Assembly: GCF_022539665.2 (NCBI RefSeq)
Contig: NC_081333.1
Span: forward strand, 10,788,001-10,852,000
Origin: Daphnia carinata
Lineage: Eukaryota
DNA length: 64,000 bases
Direction: 5' to 3'
Shown here in pieces: positions 39,501-51,950 of this stretch. Each line of letters starts with the position of its first letter. Position 1 is the first letter of the stretch. The notes under the pieces are model-generated. The model was not told the origin of the DNA and did no database searches. It saw only the letters and a program-made list of their open reading frames with translations. A program made the position numbers and the translations under genes.

Positions 39501-42500
39501 GTTTGTGTCTCGTGCACTTCATGTTTTTGTCCGATCCTAATCGTTCACTTCTAAATCAAAAAGCAGAGGAGATAAGAAGATGCGCTTCTGGCCCTCCTCC
39601 CGTTCCGTAAAGAAAAACGAACAAGCTCGAGCCAAAAAGTTAAATGATACATTGCGGATGGATGGAACAAGGATAACCCTAGAACACGACGAATTCCAAC
39701 AGGCCGTTTTTAGACCTGTTCGTCGTAAATAACGGATTACGCCAGCAAGAGCACGTCAACATAGTCGGCATTGAACAAAACACTACATATGCAATTGTGG
39801 ACATAGTAAAGAGAGCCCCACAACGATAAGAGACTGTCTCTCTCAGCTGGACCGTAGGCAAAATGTTTAGAGAGTTTCTTTTGCGGCGTATTTTCTTTTT
39901 TGTTTCGAACCATAGTGAATCAAAAACCCCTATCGAATAGCAAATGCGTGTATGGATGGTTTAAGCCTAACTGCTGTTTAAAATCTCGTTTCGATCTTTA
40001 TCCCGTAAGATGCGAGTCGCTAGCCGGGACTCGATCCGATCCGCTCAATAAATCACGCATAACGCCTACCCTACCTTGGTAATCATAATCGATCGAACGC
40101 GGTCGGGAATCGATGACACCACGCGGTGCGACTCGATAAAACAAAACGGAAAAAAAAACAACAACAAATGAAATAAAAATACCGAGACTGTATGCGTGTA
40201 CATGCGCACAACACGGGAGAAAAGAAGAAGAAATCCCGAATGCGCACACACGCAGGTCTGCCGCCGCAATCATGTTAAATTCGGAATACGAATGTATTCT
40301 TCATCATCGAATTGAGGAAAAAAAAAGAAAACGGGGGGAAATGAGGCAAGAAGACGTATTGATCCATCACGTGATTGTCTTTTTCTTTTTCCTACGTCTT
40401 GGGTTGTAATGATGAAAATGCGCTTCTATCATGAACAAAACGAAGCGGCGTCAGCGGCCGAGGTGGGAATTTTACAGAGGATCCTCTTCCGCCGCCACTC
40501 GCAGACGAAAGATCGGAGGAAACAACAGGATATTGATGTGTGTGTGTGTGTACTGTAAGCTAAGGAATGGGGATACATGACGGACAACGTATTCTCTTTT
40601 GGACGGGCTGGCCGGTCTTCACCGGCACGCGTGACCCTACTCCCTTTGCGTGTTTCCAACAATTTTTGATAGATATATATTTATTTATATAACTATGTGA
40701 TTTCCTCCGACTATGTTGGTGCATACGATGTATGCATATATAGGAGACGGGGAATTCGGGTGGGGAAAGGAATGAAAAAAAAAAAGAAAAGAAAAAAAAA
40801 AACGCGATCCGAGAAAAAACATTCCGACTAGTTTGTCTGGCCGGTGCGTTTGCGCTCCAGCGGAATCAAAGAAATAAAAATAATTCCGTGGCGTGATGCT
40901 GGGCGCTGGGCTCTTTTGTTTCCATTCCGTTTTTCTAATAGGCAGGTGGACGATGCCGTCATTTGCATACTTCATCGGCTAGAAGCGGGTTGCCTATGCT
41001 CGGCCCTGCTCTCCCCCGTCGCGATATGACGGAGAGAGAAGGACCCTTTTTTTCTTTTGTTTCTATCTTATGCTTTTAACCTGGCCATACTTTTAACCTC
41101 TTCGTCTTCTTTCGTCTTCTTCTTCTTCTTCTTCTTTTTTTTTTTTATATCTCAGTTAATATAAATACAATAACACAAATTCGATTCCGGAGCTATCCCA
41201 CAAAAATAAAAATTGCTGCTCCATTCAAGGCGACGGCGGAGGAGAAACGTTCCAGCCGCCGGACGGCCACCAACCATCACACCGTCCGGGAATGTCTATC
41301 CTCCTTTTGGACAGCCTATACATTTTCCTCTCGGCAACAGCTGACAAGTTCATTATTATAAATGCCGGATTTATTATCACGTTCGAGGTCTATTACTTCA
41401 TTCCGATTTCGTCTTCTCTCTATCTCTTAGCGCGCTCACTTTGAAAAATCCCTTTCATCGTCTTCTTTTGTTTCTCCATCTCTTATTCAGATTTATTTTT
41501 ATTGGAGTTTTCGAAGGGCCCTTATTCGTATGCCCTTTTAACGCTGCGCCGTTTGTTTCGTTCGGTTAAATTGGTTTTTAAACGAGATCAGACGTCATTC
41601 TCCGTTTAAACCCCCGCTGACTTTCATGCCCGATGACCAATCGACCCGTCATTTGGGTTTTCTCTTTTTTTTTTTTTTTGCTTCTCTGCGGATCTTTAAA
41701 AGGCATGCCATTTCTTTTCTTTTCGATTGTTGCTGTTATGTTTTGTTTTCTGCTACACGTTTGGGAAAGCCAAGCACAGGATGAAGATGCTACGACGCTG
41801 AGCAAAATGGAGATTTCAAATGGGACGGGCCACTTTGGCAATACACGAAAGTTAAGAAAAGAAGAGCCATCGGATGACCGAAATTGTCGCTGACGGGCTT
41901 CATTTGGCGTCAGCCAGGAAAACAGGATGGACCGTGTCTCTCGACGGGCGACCGGACACGCGACTCAGCCTCTGCGGGCATGTAAAACAATATAGCTATA
42001 TTTAAAACAAACAAAAAAAAGAGAAAATTCATGTTTAAAAAAAAAAATGGAAGGAATTTCATTTTCGGAAGATTGGCCGAAAACAAGAAAGAAAAACAAC
42101 AAACAAAAAATTGAGGATTCTTTGGTCGATTCAACATTTATTATCGAATCCGATGTACATATATCTTTATCAATGACATACGCAGCGACACGACGATTAA
42201 CGGACAAAAGGAATCGGAAATCCCGGCTGATAATCGATCAAGAACACGAGATGTTATGCTCTGATAGAACGTACCGACGATGTGGCGGATAGGTAAAACC
42301 GATTGGATGAACACCGGCACGATGATGTTAGAAAGGAACAGAAAAAAACAAAAAGAAAACGCGCGCGTATGTCGGAGGACTGAAAGTCGGCTGCGTGCAG
42401 TGAGTTACTAAATATATTCCCGGCACAATAATAATTACACTAGACAGCACCGGATAGCTGTATAGGTATAAGTATAAGCTGATTTGATATGCAAATATCA

Positions 42501-45500
42501 ATGTTTTATCTAGCCGGTCCATCAGCGGGGGCACACACATCAGTTGGGGCATTCCATCCATTCGGCCATCCATCTATCCCCAGATATGTTTGTGTATTTA
42601 AATACCCAAAAAAAAAAAGAAGGGGGGGAACGGGTTACGTCTATCTTTACTTTTCTAAGTTGTTTCGCTTTCTTTCTCTCTACGTGTGTTGGTTATTGTG
42701 TGGCATCTCCATCGGGGGGAAAACAACAAGAGGAAAATATGAAATGCATTGAATAATCTCGGCAGCGGTGATGGCGGTAGCGGCCGATTCAAGGAGCTCC
42801 TGAGACGCATAGCGCATTCCGACGCGCAATACATATAATTGAGGGCCCATATGGAGTAGATTTGAATTTGAATTGATTGCGCTTCCAAGTGAAAAGGCAC
42901 AGCCAAGAGAAGCCAATGCTTTCCAAGGGTTGTGCCGGTATTGTCGAAAATCATCGAAAAGAAACAGATGTAGAGGATTGAAGAAGAAGATGATGATCGA
43001 GCAGAGAGGGAGGCACATTTTGAAAGCGAAAAAAAAAGGAGATGAAGAATAGTCAGGGGTGTATTGTTTACTTGTGTGTGGTTTGATCGCGGGGGAGGTT
43101 AGAAAACCCTTCAGCACAAAAACATACAACAAAAAAAAAAAAAGAACACGCCGAAATCGAAGAGAAAACATACAAGACCCAATTGTTGCTGTTGTTGTTC
43201 ATGAAAGATATGATGGATCAGTTTCGGTGAGGATCCCCGTGAATGCAAGCAAGAGCTCAGCCAAGGCACAGTCCGTGCGACTCGGTAAAGATTTTAAAAA
43301 GGAGAAGAAGACGGCCCAAAAGGGAGGAGGAGGCGAAGTGTAGGGAGGGGGGCAAAAACGCTTCTGAATGTTTGTTTTGTTGATAAATCCACGACGCGAT
43401 GAGCAGCGTAGAGTATCAATTACCTTGGCCTCGTACAAATCCCGACGCTGTTTAACATAATGTTTGTGCATGTGTGGGATCGTCGGGAAAACTGGGAACC
43501 TGCCATTCTTTCCAAACGAAATTTCCCTTTGAATTCAGCACCCACTAGAGAGGAAAAAGAAAAAGTAGAATTCAACTATTGCCCCTCGAAAAAAGAAAAA
43601 CCGATCGTGAAAAAGGGGCCGACAGTGGGGAAAATCGTGACGGCGACGCTGTCTGACATGTTCAAACTAACCGACTGCTAATGAATCAAATCTTTGAATC
43701 TCCCTGTGAGCGAGGGAGAGAGAGGCTATTCTTATTGCGAGATGATGACGTAACGATGAGCTATTCACGTTGGTGGCGGCGGCATGGGCGGCAGGGTCGT
43801 GAGACGAACTGCCCAACGGAATCCTCATTCGAATATTTCAAAAAAATCAAAAATAAATTCCGTTTTTGATCGACATGCGGGATGTGCTTTGGACGTGTAA
43901 TCAAAAGTGGATCTACCCCTCTCTTTCTCTTTTATTCGACTGGACGCCCTTGTACGATCGATCAGAACTGGTTTACCTTTTGTTTTTTTGTTTTTTTTTT
44001 CATTCTCTTTACCGTGACCGCTTTATTTTTTAAGTGGTGGCTTAAAAAAAAAAAGACAAGAGCCAAACACAAGCAACAGGTCAAACGTTATGAACATAAG
44101 CATTCGAAAGAGAAACAGAAAGGAACTATTGTTACATAGCTGTCCATCATATTCTGGGCCTGGCCGTCATCCATCACTGAATTGAACTGGACTTCGCCTT
44201 GGGCAGCCTACAAGGACCTTTCACAGTGGACAGTTTGAAACATCGGGGTCTTTATGGCTAATAAATCCAATGTTAAAAAAAGAAAAATCTGAATCGGTTC
44301 AATATAACGCCCACGGATTCATGTGACGTCATGCAAAGATCCGTTGAAAAACATTCTTGCAGCGAAAGAACAAATTAAAATTCGTTGTAATGGTCACTCG
44401 GAGCGAGCGTGTAACCGACTGCCATCACATTATTAACATATGAACCATCCCTCTTTATGGTCGGTCGTTTCTAAAAAAAAAAAAAAAAATCATTAGTCTA
44501 TCCTAATAACAGTTATGATTCATGACCTGATTATTTGAATGGGCAGACAGCAGCCGGAGCAGTTGGGCAGAGCAGGCGCGGATGTTCACACAGCTGGAGG
44601 CGAACGCGCGGGTTAAACCAATTCATTTACTGGTGGAATGGAAACGCATTAGTTCAAACCATCATTATAGTCGTAAATGGTAATAGCGTGAGAGAGCTCT
44701 AGCTTAAAGGTGCCCCTGCGTGCGTGTGTGTGGTCATGGAACGAGTGAAAAGTCGAGCAACCAGCACTGAAACCTTTTCTTTTTTTTTCCGTTTCCCTCT
44801 CATTGCCTACCATGCGTGCAGACACACACACACACACACACACACACACTGAATCATTTCTTTATTGTTTGTTTGTTTTGTGGAGATTTTTCTGTTTCTT
44901 TTCACGCTACAAATCTTCACCTGTCAACTTTCGACTCATTTGGAAAACCGCCCATCCAATTCAGGGGGGAGGGGGGCTCATCTTATTTCGTTTGAAGCCT
45001 CTTTACTTTTGGCTTCTAAAACGCTTTGGTTTTTTTCTTTTTTTTTTTCGAGAACAAAATTAGGTTTTTCAATGAGCTTTTTCATCTTCCTTGGCCTTTT
45101 TTCTCTGAAAATGGGAAAAGACAATTGCCATGCAGAACCGTGTGCCGACGGACGTGCCATCACCAATTGTTGCTTTTGTTTTGCTCTAAACAAAGAATCA
45201 CGCGGTGAACGTACGTGATGGTGATTGTTCTGTTGTTTCTCGACGACATTCGAATCACCGAAGGCCAAACTATGAGACTCCAAAATTCCAAATGAAAATT
45301 CAGTCGTTGAAACGTGTCAGTTGACACACGATATTATGGATTTATCGCTAATTCTTAAAACACACGAAACACTGAGGATCAAATTCGCAGGAATCCGTAC
45401 CAACCCATTAACGAGTTTCGTGAGCCCGCACGCTGTATGTTTTCCTAGTAACTGGCTTATCTCTCGAGCTCAATCCCGCGTTTCAGCACGACACTGACTC

Positions 45501-47353
45501 ACGAGAAAAGTAAAGAAAAACTTAAAAACCAAAGAAGCTTTAATAATACCAATGCTGATGTAATTATTGACAAAAGAAGAAGAATGGGACACTGTTTAAT
45601 CTGATAAAAAACAAAACCGTTTCACGGACAGTTTCTAGCTAAACAGACTCCATAAAAATGGAAGGGAAAGGAGAGAAGAAGAGGGAAAAACCGGAATCGT
45701 TTGATCATGGTTTTCTTTGCCAAAAAAAAAAAAAATAAAAAATGTTTGGTTCCCACCAGAAAATTTCAGATGCGTCTTATCCTGCACTGATGTGTCCTTC
45801 TGTCGACTGTGTGGTCATTTTTTTTAAATTTAAACAAACAAGAAACGAAGAAACGAGAGACACAGACGGTGGGGGAGACGCAGACAGGATGTATACTAAT
45901 CTCAATGACGTCACTATGATAAATATCTGGACGTAAACAGAAATGGATGGGCGACATTGTTGGTTCAGGTCGTCTCCTCAACCTAATGGATAGTCTCCAA
46001 CTTGGTTCTGCCCGATGATGGGTGGGCAATCGTTCACATTCCACCAAAAGAGAACCAAACGACACTGTACCAGGGCGGGCCACGAGTTGGTGGTCTTCTT
46101 CTTCTTTTTTTTTCTCGTGACAATCGAGAGCAATTAGTCGGCTGCTTCACAAGGAAACCCGGACATGTAAAAAGATTCGTGTCAAAACAATTTTCGGCTA
46201 GATAAGAGAAAAAAAAAAAAAAGGTGGAAATAAAGTACTAAGTCAAAAGGTAGAGAGGGAGAGAACCAACCGGATTTGCATTCGAAATGTCGTGTGTATT
46301 ATTTATTACACGCTGCTCGCAGCAAAACTCTTTTTTCTACCTTCCATTTGAGTTTGGTGGTCGACATGTACCTGGTCAAAAAACATACAATACGGTCAGA
46401 GCATTGCTATGTCATCTTATTGCCTCACGAAAACATACAGAGAGCGAGGTCCAGTCCCCGTCGCGTGATTGATTACCTCAACTGACAGTTTGAATGTGGT
46501 TATGAGTTCCATGATGGCGATAGAACTGGTTTACCCCCTTTTTTTTTCCTTTTCTTTTTGTTGGGATTTATTAGTTTCAAAAAGCGATCGTGTTTACTTT
46601 CTAGGTTTCTTGGCTTAATTGAGTTTGTCGTTTTCCTTTTTTCGCTTATCGCCCATACTGATAACATTGACTTGGGAACAAGTGAAGGCAAAAGAAACCG
46701 AACGAGAGCCCTGCGTTATTAGATATCATACGAACGGGGCTGATAACAGCTCAAATATCGCGAAATGTCATATAAATTTGGCTTTTGCTATCCAAACTGC
46801 GGTCGAAAGGGGAGGATCGAATATCGATGTCGTCGGTGTTGTCATTTTTCTTCTTCCACACACACTTTCTTGTTTTTTGTTTACGTTAATGGGGGTTAAA
46901 TTGAAATTCTTGTTTCAATTCTACTTGGCTTGGCTCCCCTTTCTACCGTTGTTATTGCAATGGATGGCCAAGGTTTGTTTTAACTTCATCAACAAGAACG
47001 TTAAGTATCTGCCTCGTCTCTGTCTCAAACAACGACGAACAAATTCATGGCAAACGAAATGGAGAACGACGTTGAACAAAAAAGCGAGGCAAAGAGAATT
47101 TGCCTGGGCCGTGATGCCATCAGACGGCGCGCGTCATCCTCGTCATTGATAACAACCAGCTGAATAAAGAGGGGGGGCAAAGAAAAACAAAACAAGATAG
47201 CGAATATTTTTGTATCATATGAACCCGACTGGTTCCGTTATTATTTTTCATTTGACCTGTTTAAGCGCTAGGCATTTCGTGCGACTGTGTGTGGTCAAAC
47301 ACAAGCTAAAATGCGCACATCTTATCTTATTCATATGACATGTTGGAAACCGC

Positions 47354-47355
<2 letters not shown>

Positions 47356-47401
<46 letters not shown>
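47356..47401. repeat. (GA)23 microsatellite
   Basis: Direct reading; the longest of many GA/CT tracts noticed in the window. Confidence 0.95.
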
Positions 47402-47404
<3 letters not shown>

Positions 47405-50400
47405 TCGCCTGGACGTTCACGACCGAAAAAAAATCTGCTCGACTGGACTTGTTGTGAAAAATGGCGCTCCTTCTCATAAGAAGAAATACACATATACAAA
47501 AAAAAAAAGGATGGACGAAGGAGAGCATGCCAGTAAGGTTTTTTTTTTGGGAGGGGGGGGGGACATTGGAGAGGAAATGAAAAACGAGCTCCCTTTTCTC
47601 TGTCTCCTTCCTTTTAAAATCTCTCTTCTTTTCGTTTTAATGCGCTCGCAAAAGGGCCCTGACGACTATGGATCGAGCGCATTACTGTCATTGTGGAGTC
47701 GAGTCACGCGGGATTCAAGTGGATCACTTAAATTGTCAACGTTCGGCGGGACTAAAGGAGGAGGAGTTTTTTTGTGTGTGTGTGTGTGTGTACAAAAATG
47801 GCTCATCCATCAGCTGGCCAAGAAAAAAGAAGAGAGTCCGGTCCGTTGTCTCCTGCTGAGTTTAAATTCTAAATCTTAAACAAAAAAAAATGTGAAACAA
47901 TCCAATAGAATCAAAGGTAATTTAACACGTTGCTGTCACAGGGTCACTTCGATTTTTTTGTGTGTTTGTTTTATTAATTTAATTATTTATTCGCTTTAAC
48001 TTTGCTGGCATTGACCATAAAATACGCTAAATAGACAAGATCATTGTGAGACGATCTCCTTTTCCGGCCAACGTTGCATAGTCCATCTCCGTTGTTGATG
48101 GGGTTACCGTTTCGTTTGTCCAGCACAAGCGTTTTCATTCTCTGTGTGGTACAAAGACAAACGGAACGAGCGCACTCCATTTAAGTCTTTCAAAATGGGA
48201 TTTTTATGTTTTAAACCATTTTTGCTTTGGTTCTTCTTTTTGAAATTTCCCTGTTTTAGACGTCGCCCGTCGTCTTTTGAATTTTTCTTTGGGTTTGCTT
48301 GTTTCGTCATCCAGCAGGTCACGGGTGCGCTCTCGATGGCCAAAACAAAAGAAGAGCGGGCACAGTCCCTCGTCTGTTTTCTTTTCTCGCCAGTTTGGCG
48401 CTACAATCTTCTTCGACCCTTTAGCCTGCGTTCCAAACTTGGAAGATATGGCCAAAACAAAAACGCACTTCACGTGAAACATTTTTTGTTTGGCCTTTCG
48501 TGCGCCTTTTTACGTCGTCGCTGATTCACCTGCGGACGGTCAAGTTGAAGAGACAAGTCTATGGACCATCTCAACAGTCCGTTATGTAGGCATTTGAAAA
48601 GCGGCGCGAAATCACCGAGCCAAAAAACGCGGACGAAAACGACGACAGCGGGAATGACAGCGGTAGCGAAAAGGCGGCGGCACGCGCTCTTCTCAATCGA
48701 TTCCAAAGAAGAGACTAAACAATAAAAAAGAAAAAGAAAAAAAAAACGGCACCCGCTTTCCGAAGACATTGAACCTTATTTTTAAATGCGCATTCGTGCG
48801 TGTGTGTGTGTCTCCTTTCTTCTTATGCATTTTCTTGTCTTTGCGTTCGGCGTTTATTTTTTTTTTTTTTTTCAGTGGACAACGACGCGCGGGCAAAAGA
48901 GAGCATTTTCGAGAAAAGGGCGACGTTGTTTGCATATCAATGTCTTGACTTCTTTTTTTTTTTTTTTTTTTGTATGTATTTCGTTACCCATCATTGTAAA
49001 AGGATAGGTTCAAAAAGGGGGGCAACATGCAATCCAAATGGAATCGAGAACAGCGCAACTTCTTTTTGTTTCACTTTGGTCGATGTTGGTCGTCTTGACC
49101 TTTCACGGACTGACCAAATGCGTCGTTGCGACCAAGATGATCATCACGATTCTGAAGTTGTATCAATAAGGCGGAACTACAAACGAAACAGCAAGACGGC
49201 GACAAAGAGCGAATTCAATCGAACTATGTCGCCCTGGCCAAAATGAAAAAGAAAAAAAAAAACCAAAAAGGAAGATAAAATGTATATATATTTTTTTAGT
49301 GCAACAGAGAGGCACGTGTGTCACATACTCGACAGACAGTCACACAATAAATAAAGCAAAAAAAAAAACAAAGGGGGACTTAGGATATATAGGAAAAAGA
49401 AAGGTAGAAAGATTAGAAACGAGAGATGGATTGCTACACTTTACTGCCAGTATGGAGCGCACGTATTTTTCGATCCCATTCCCACACATCGTTCACCTCA
49501 CTCCTTTCTTTGATGGAGAGATTCATACCAGCAGCCACCCACTGGCAATACCACCTACCCGTATATGTGTTCTTTTGGCTCTGTGTGCTCTTTCTCTTCA
49601 TCGTTCTGTCGTATATAGTGTTTTGTATTTCTACGTAATATGCGGCACCCGTCGCCGTGCAACCGGTTATTCAAATAAGATCTAGATTTCTTGTCAAAAC
49701 TTGACCACTTGTCGTCCGTGTAACTCTCGAATCGACCGTCAACGGTTTTTCAATTCTCGTTCCACAACTGGTCCCCCGCCTGCAAGTCTCCTCCACCAGC
49801 AAGATGGCGTTGTTCTCCCTTCTTTTTTTTTTTGTCTACATGTCCGATGATTATCGGGACCCAACCTGTTGATCGCCGCCTTATCGTGTCCCCTAAGCAA
49901 AGACACACACACAAAATTCATTATTCATTCATGGCCGATTACGCAATGAGCCGCCTCACCTTCAACGTACACTCGGCCCAATCTGATGAAACTTCCAGAC
50001 CGGTTTAATTGGATCAGACCTGTCACAGGTTAGTCACATCAAGATTCACGATCGCTATACATAAAATGGGCACGTTTACACGACAAACGTCACACAATTT
50101 GTTAAGGGACGTGTTGTTGACACGCACGATTTTTCTCTCTCTCTCACGGTTCTCCGGTTTCGATGAATCATTTGACACGAACATTTCGAGTCATTTGTAA
50201 TTTCCTTTCTAAAGTAATGCTGCCGATGGCCACCGCCCTCCTTTTTTCCCATCGCTCTGTCGCTGCGTTAAAACATGATAATGATAGTGATGAGTATATG
50301 CTGAATGGATTATTTCAATCATCAACCTGGCTGGTTGAAAGAGAGGACCTCCACAGTGTACAACCGAGGGAGGGGTTAACGAGATTCATAAATCACGCAC

Positions 50401-51699
50401 GGGAAAAAGAAAAAAAAAGATTCGCTTGATGATGGTGATCGACCGGCAGACTCAGACCGTTGGGGCCGCTATGCACACGCGGCGGAGGGACGTTTTGTTG
50501 TTGTTGTGTGGGCCATTTGTGTTGAGATAAAGTGGCACTGGTTTGTTATGTAGTCGAAATCATTTGCATACGTGCTGCAGACGGTCCATCAATACCTTCA
50601 CGGCGGCGCTGCTTGTATAATCTCTCCGTGTGTAATAATTTGTTAAGACCTCCTTTCTCTTCTCGTCTTCTCTTTCTTTTTTTTTTTCTTCCCCTTTTAA
50701 AGTTCTTTTTACTCGATATGTTCCACCTCCACATAGTTCAGGCTAAACACCATCTTCTAACTTTACCTTATTTGTAATTTTTTATTATTTTATTTTTTAA
50801 TTTATTTGTATTTCTTTTCCTTTCCCCTTTGCGTCATCGACGTGTTTTTGTTGATGGGGCAAGCTGATAGCATTTCCGGCCGACAACGGTATTAAAATAT
50901 ATGCTAATTAGATGTGAACAACTGATTCCTACTTTTGATACTCTTCTCTATCGTTTCTTTGTTTTCAACTGTCTCAGTTAAACGACTTGTTGATCGTTTT
51001 TCTCTTCCCTTCCATTATATTACGTCGAGGGGGAGTGAATAAATGCCCAGCCGTCACACACACACACATACAGAAAAAAAAGACAAATTCGATATCCCAA
51101 AACAAGTGGCTTTTCCAATATTCTTTTTTGTTTTGTGTTCCATTCCATTTTAGTTCTGTCGATACGCTGATGCAGAGAGTTCCGGAGCAGTAGAAACAGA
51201 TAGAAAGATCCATCGTCGTCGTTTTTTTTTTTTGCTGGACAAGTTATCTCTATGCAAATTTTATGGATCTAAGAAGAAGAAAAAAAGAAGTGCGGCACTC
51301 AGCTGCTGGGATTGCTTCGCTCTTTAATACGTAAACCTTATCGTCCCTACCGTATTGGCTGCCTACCATACAGACCCCTCTACCAGTTAAGTATAGACTG
51401 TTAAATGAAAAGATACATATACAGAGGCAAAGAAAAGCAGTGCGCTGACGGTGAAGCTCCTCATCCGTTCCAGCACATCACAAAGAGAAGAGAAAGAGAG
51501 TGGGAGGAATCCATCCATCATTTTTCGGGGTAATTCGTAGCGGAATGCCGAATACCAACACAACAACGGCGGATGAAAATGAAAAGAAATGCAACCGGCT
51601 TGTGAGTATGGTAACATTGGTTTCAGGTGGGAGATTACCTTTGGGCTGTACTAGTAGCAGTAATAGAGAAAATCATGTTAGTGTGAAAAAACAACTTTG

Positions 51700-51950
51700 A
51701 ATTTAAATAACTCAGGAACTATAAATCCCACAGAAAAACGAAATCAATGTCTGTAATCCTTGTTAAATTTCCAATTGAAAACGTGTGCAATTGTAGCTAT
51801 ATCTAGGTTTGTTGTAGTAGAAATAAAAAAAATAGAAAAAGTCGGGCTTATTTTTGTCGGGCTTATTTTTTTAAGCCCGACTTTTTACATAAAAACATTA
51901 GCCATTGAAATTAAACCATTTATAATCAAAATATAACGCAGATTCTAGAT
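51700..51950 (+). repeat. Same repeat family, copy C (single internally deleted unit, same orientation as A)
   Basis: Head GGAACTATAAATCCCAC (~51715). AAAAGTCGGGCTTATTTTTGTCGGGCTTATTTTTTTAAGCCCGACTTTTT (~51837-51886) matches the reverse complement of ~36227-36275. The central palindrome is absent. Confidence 0.8.
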
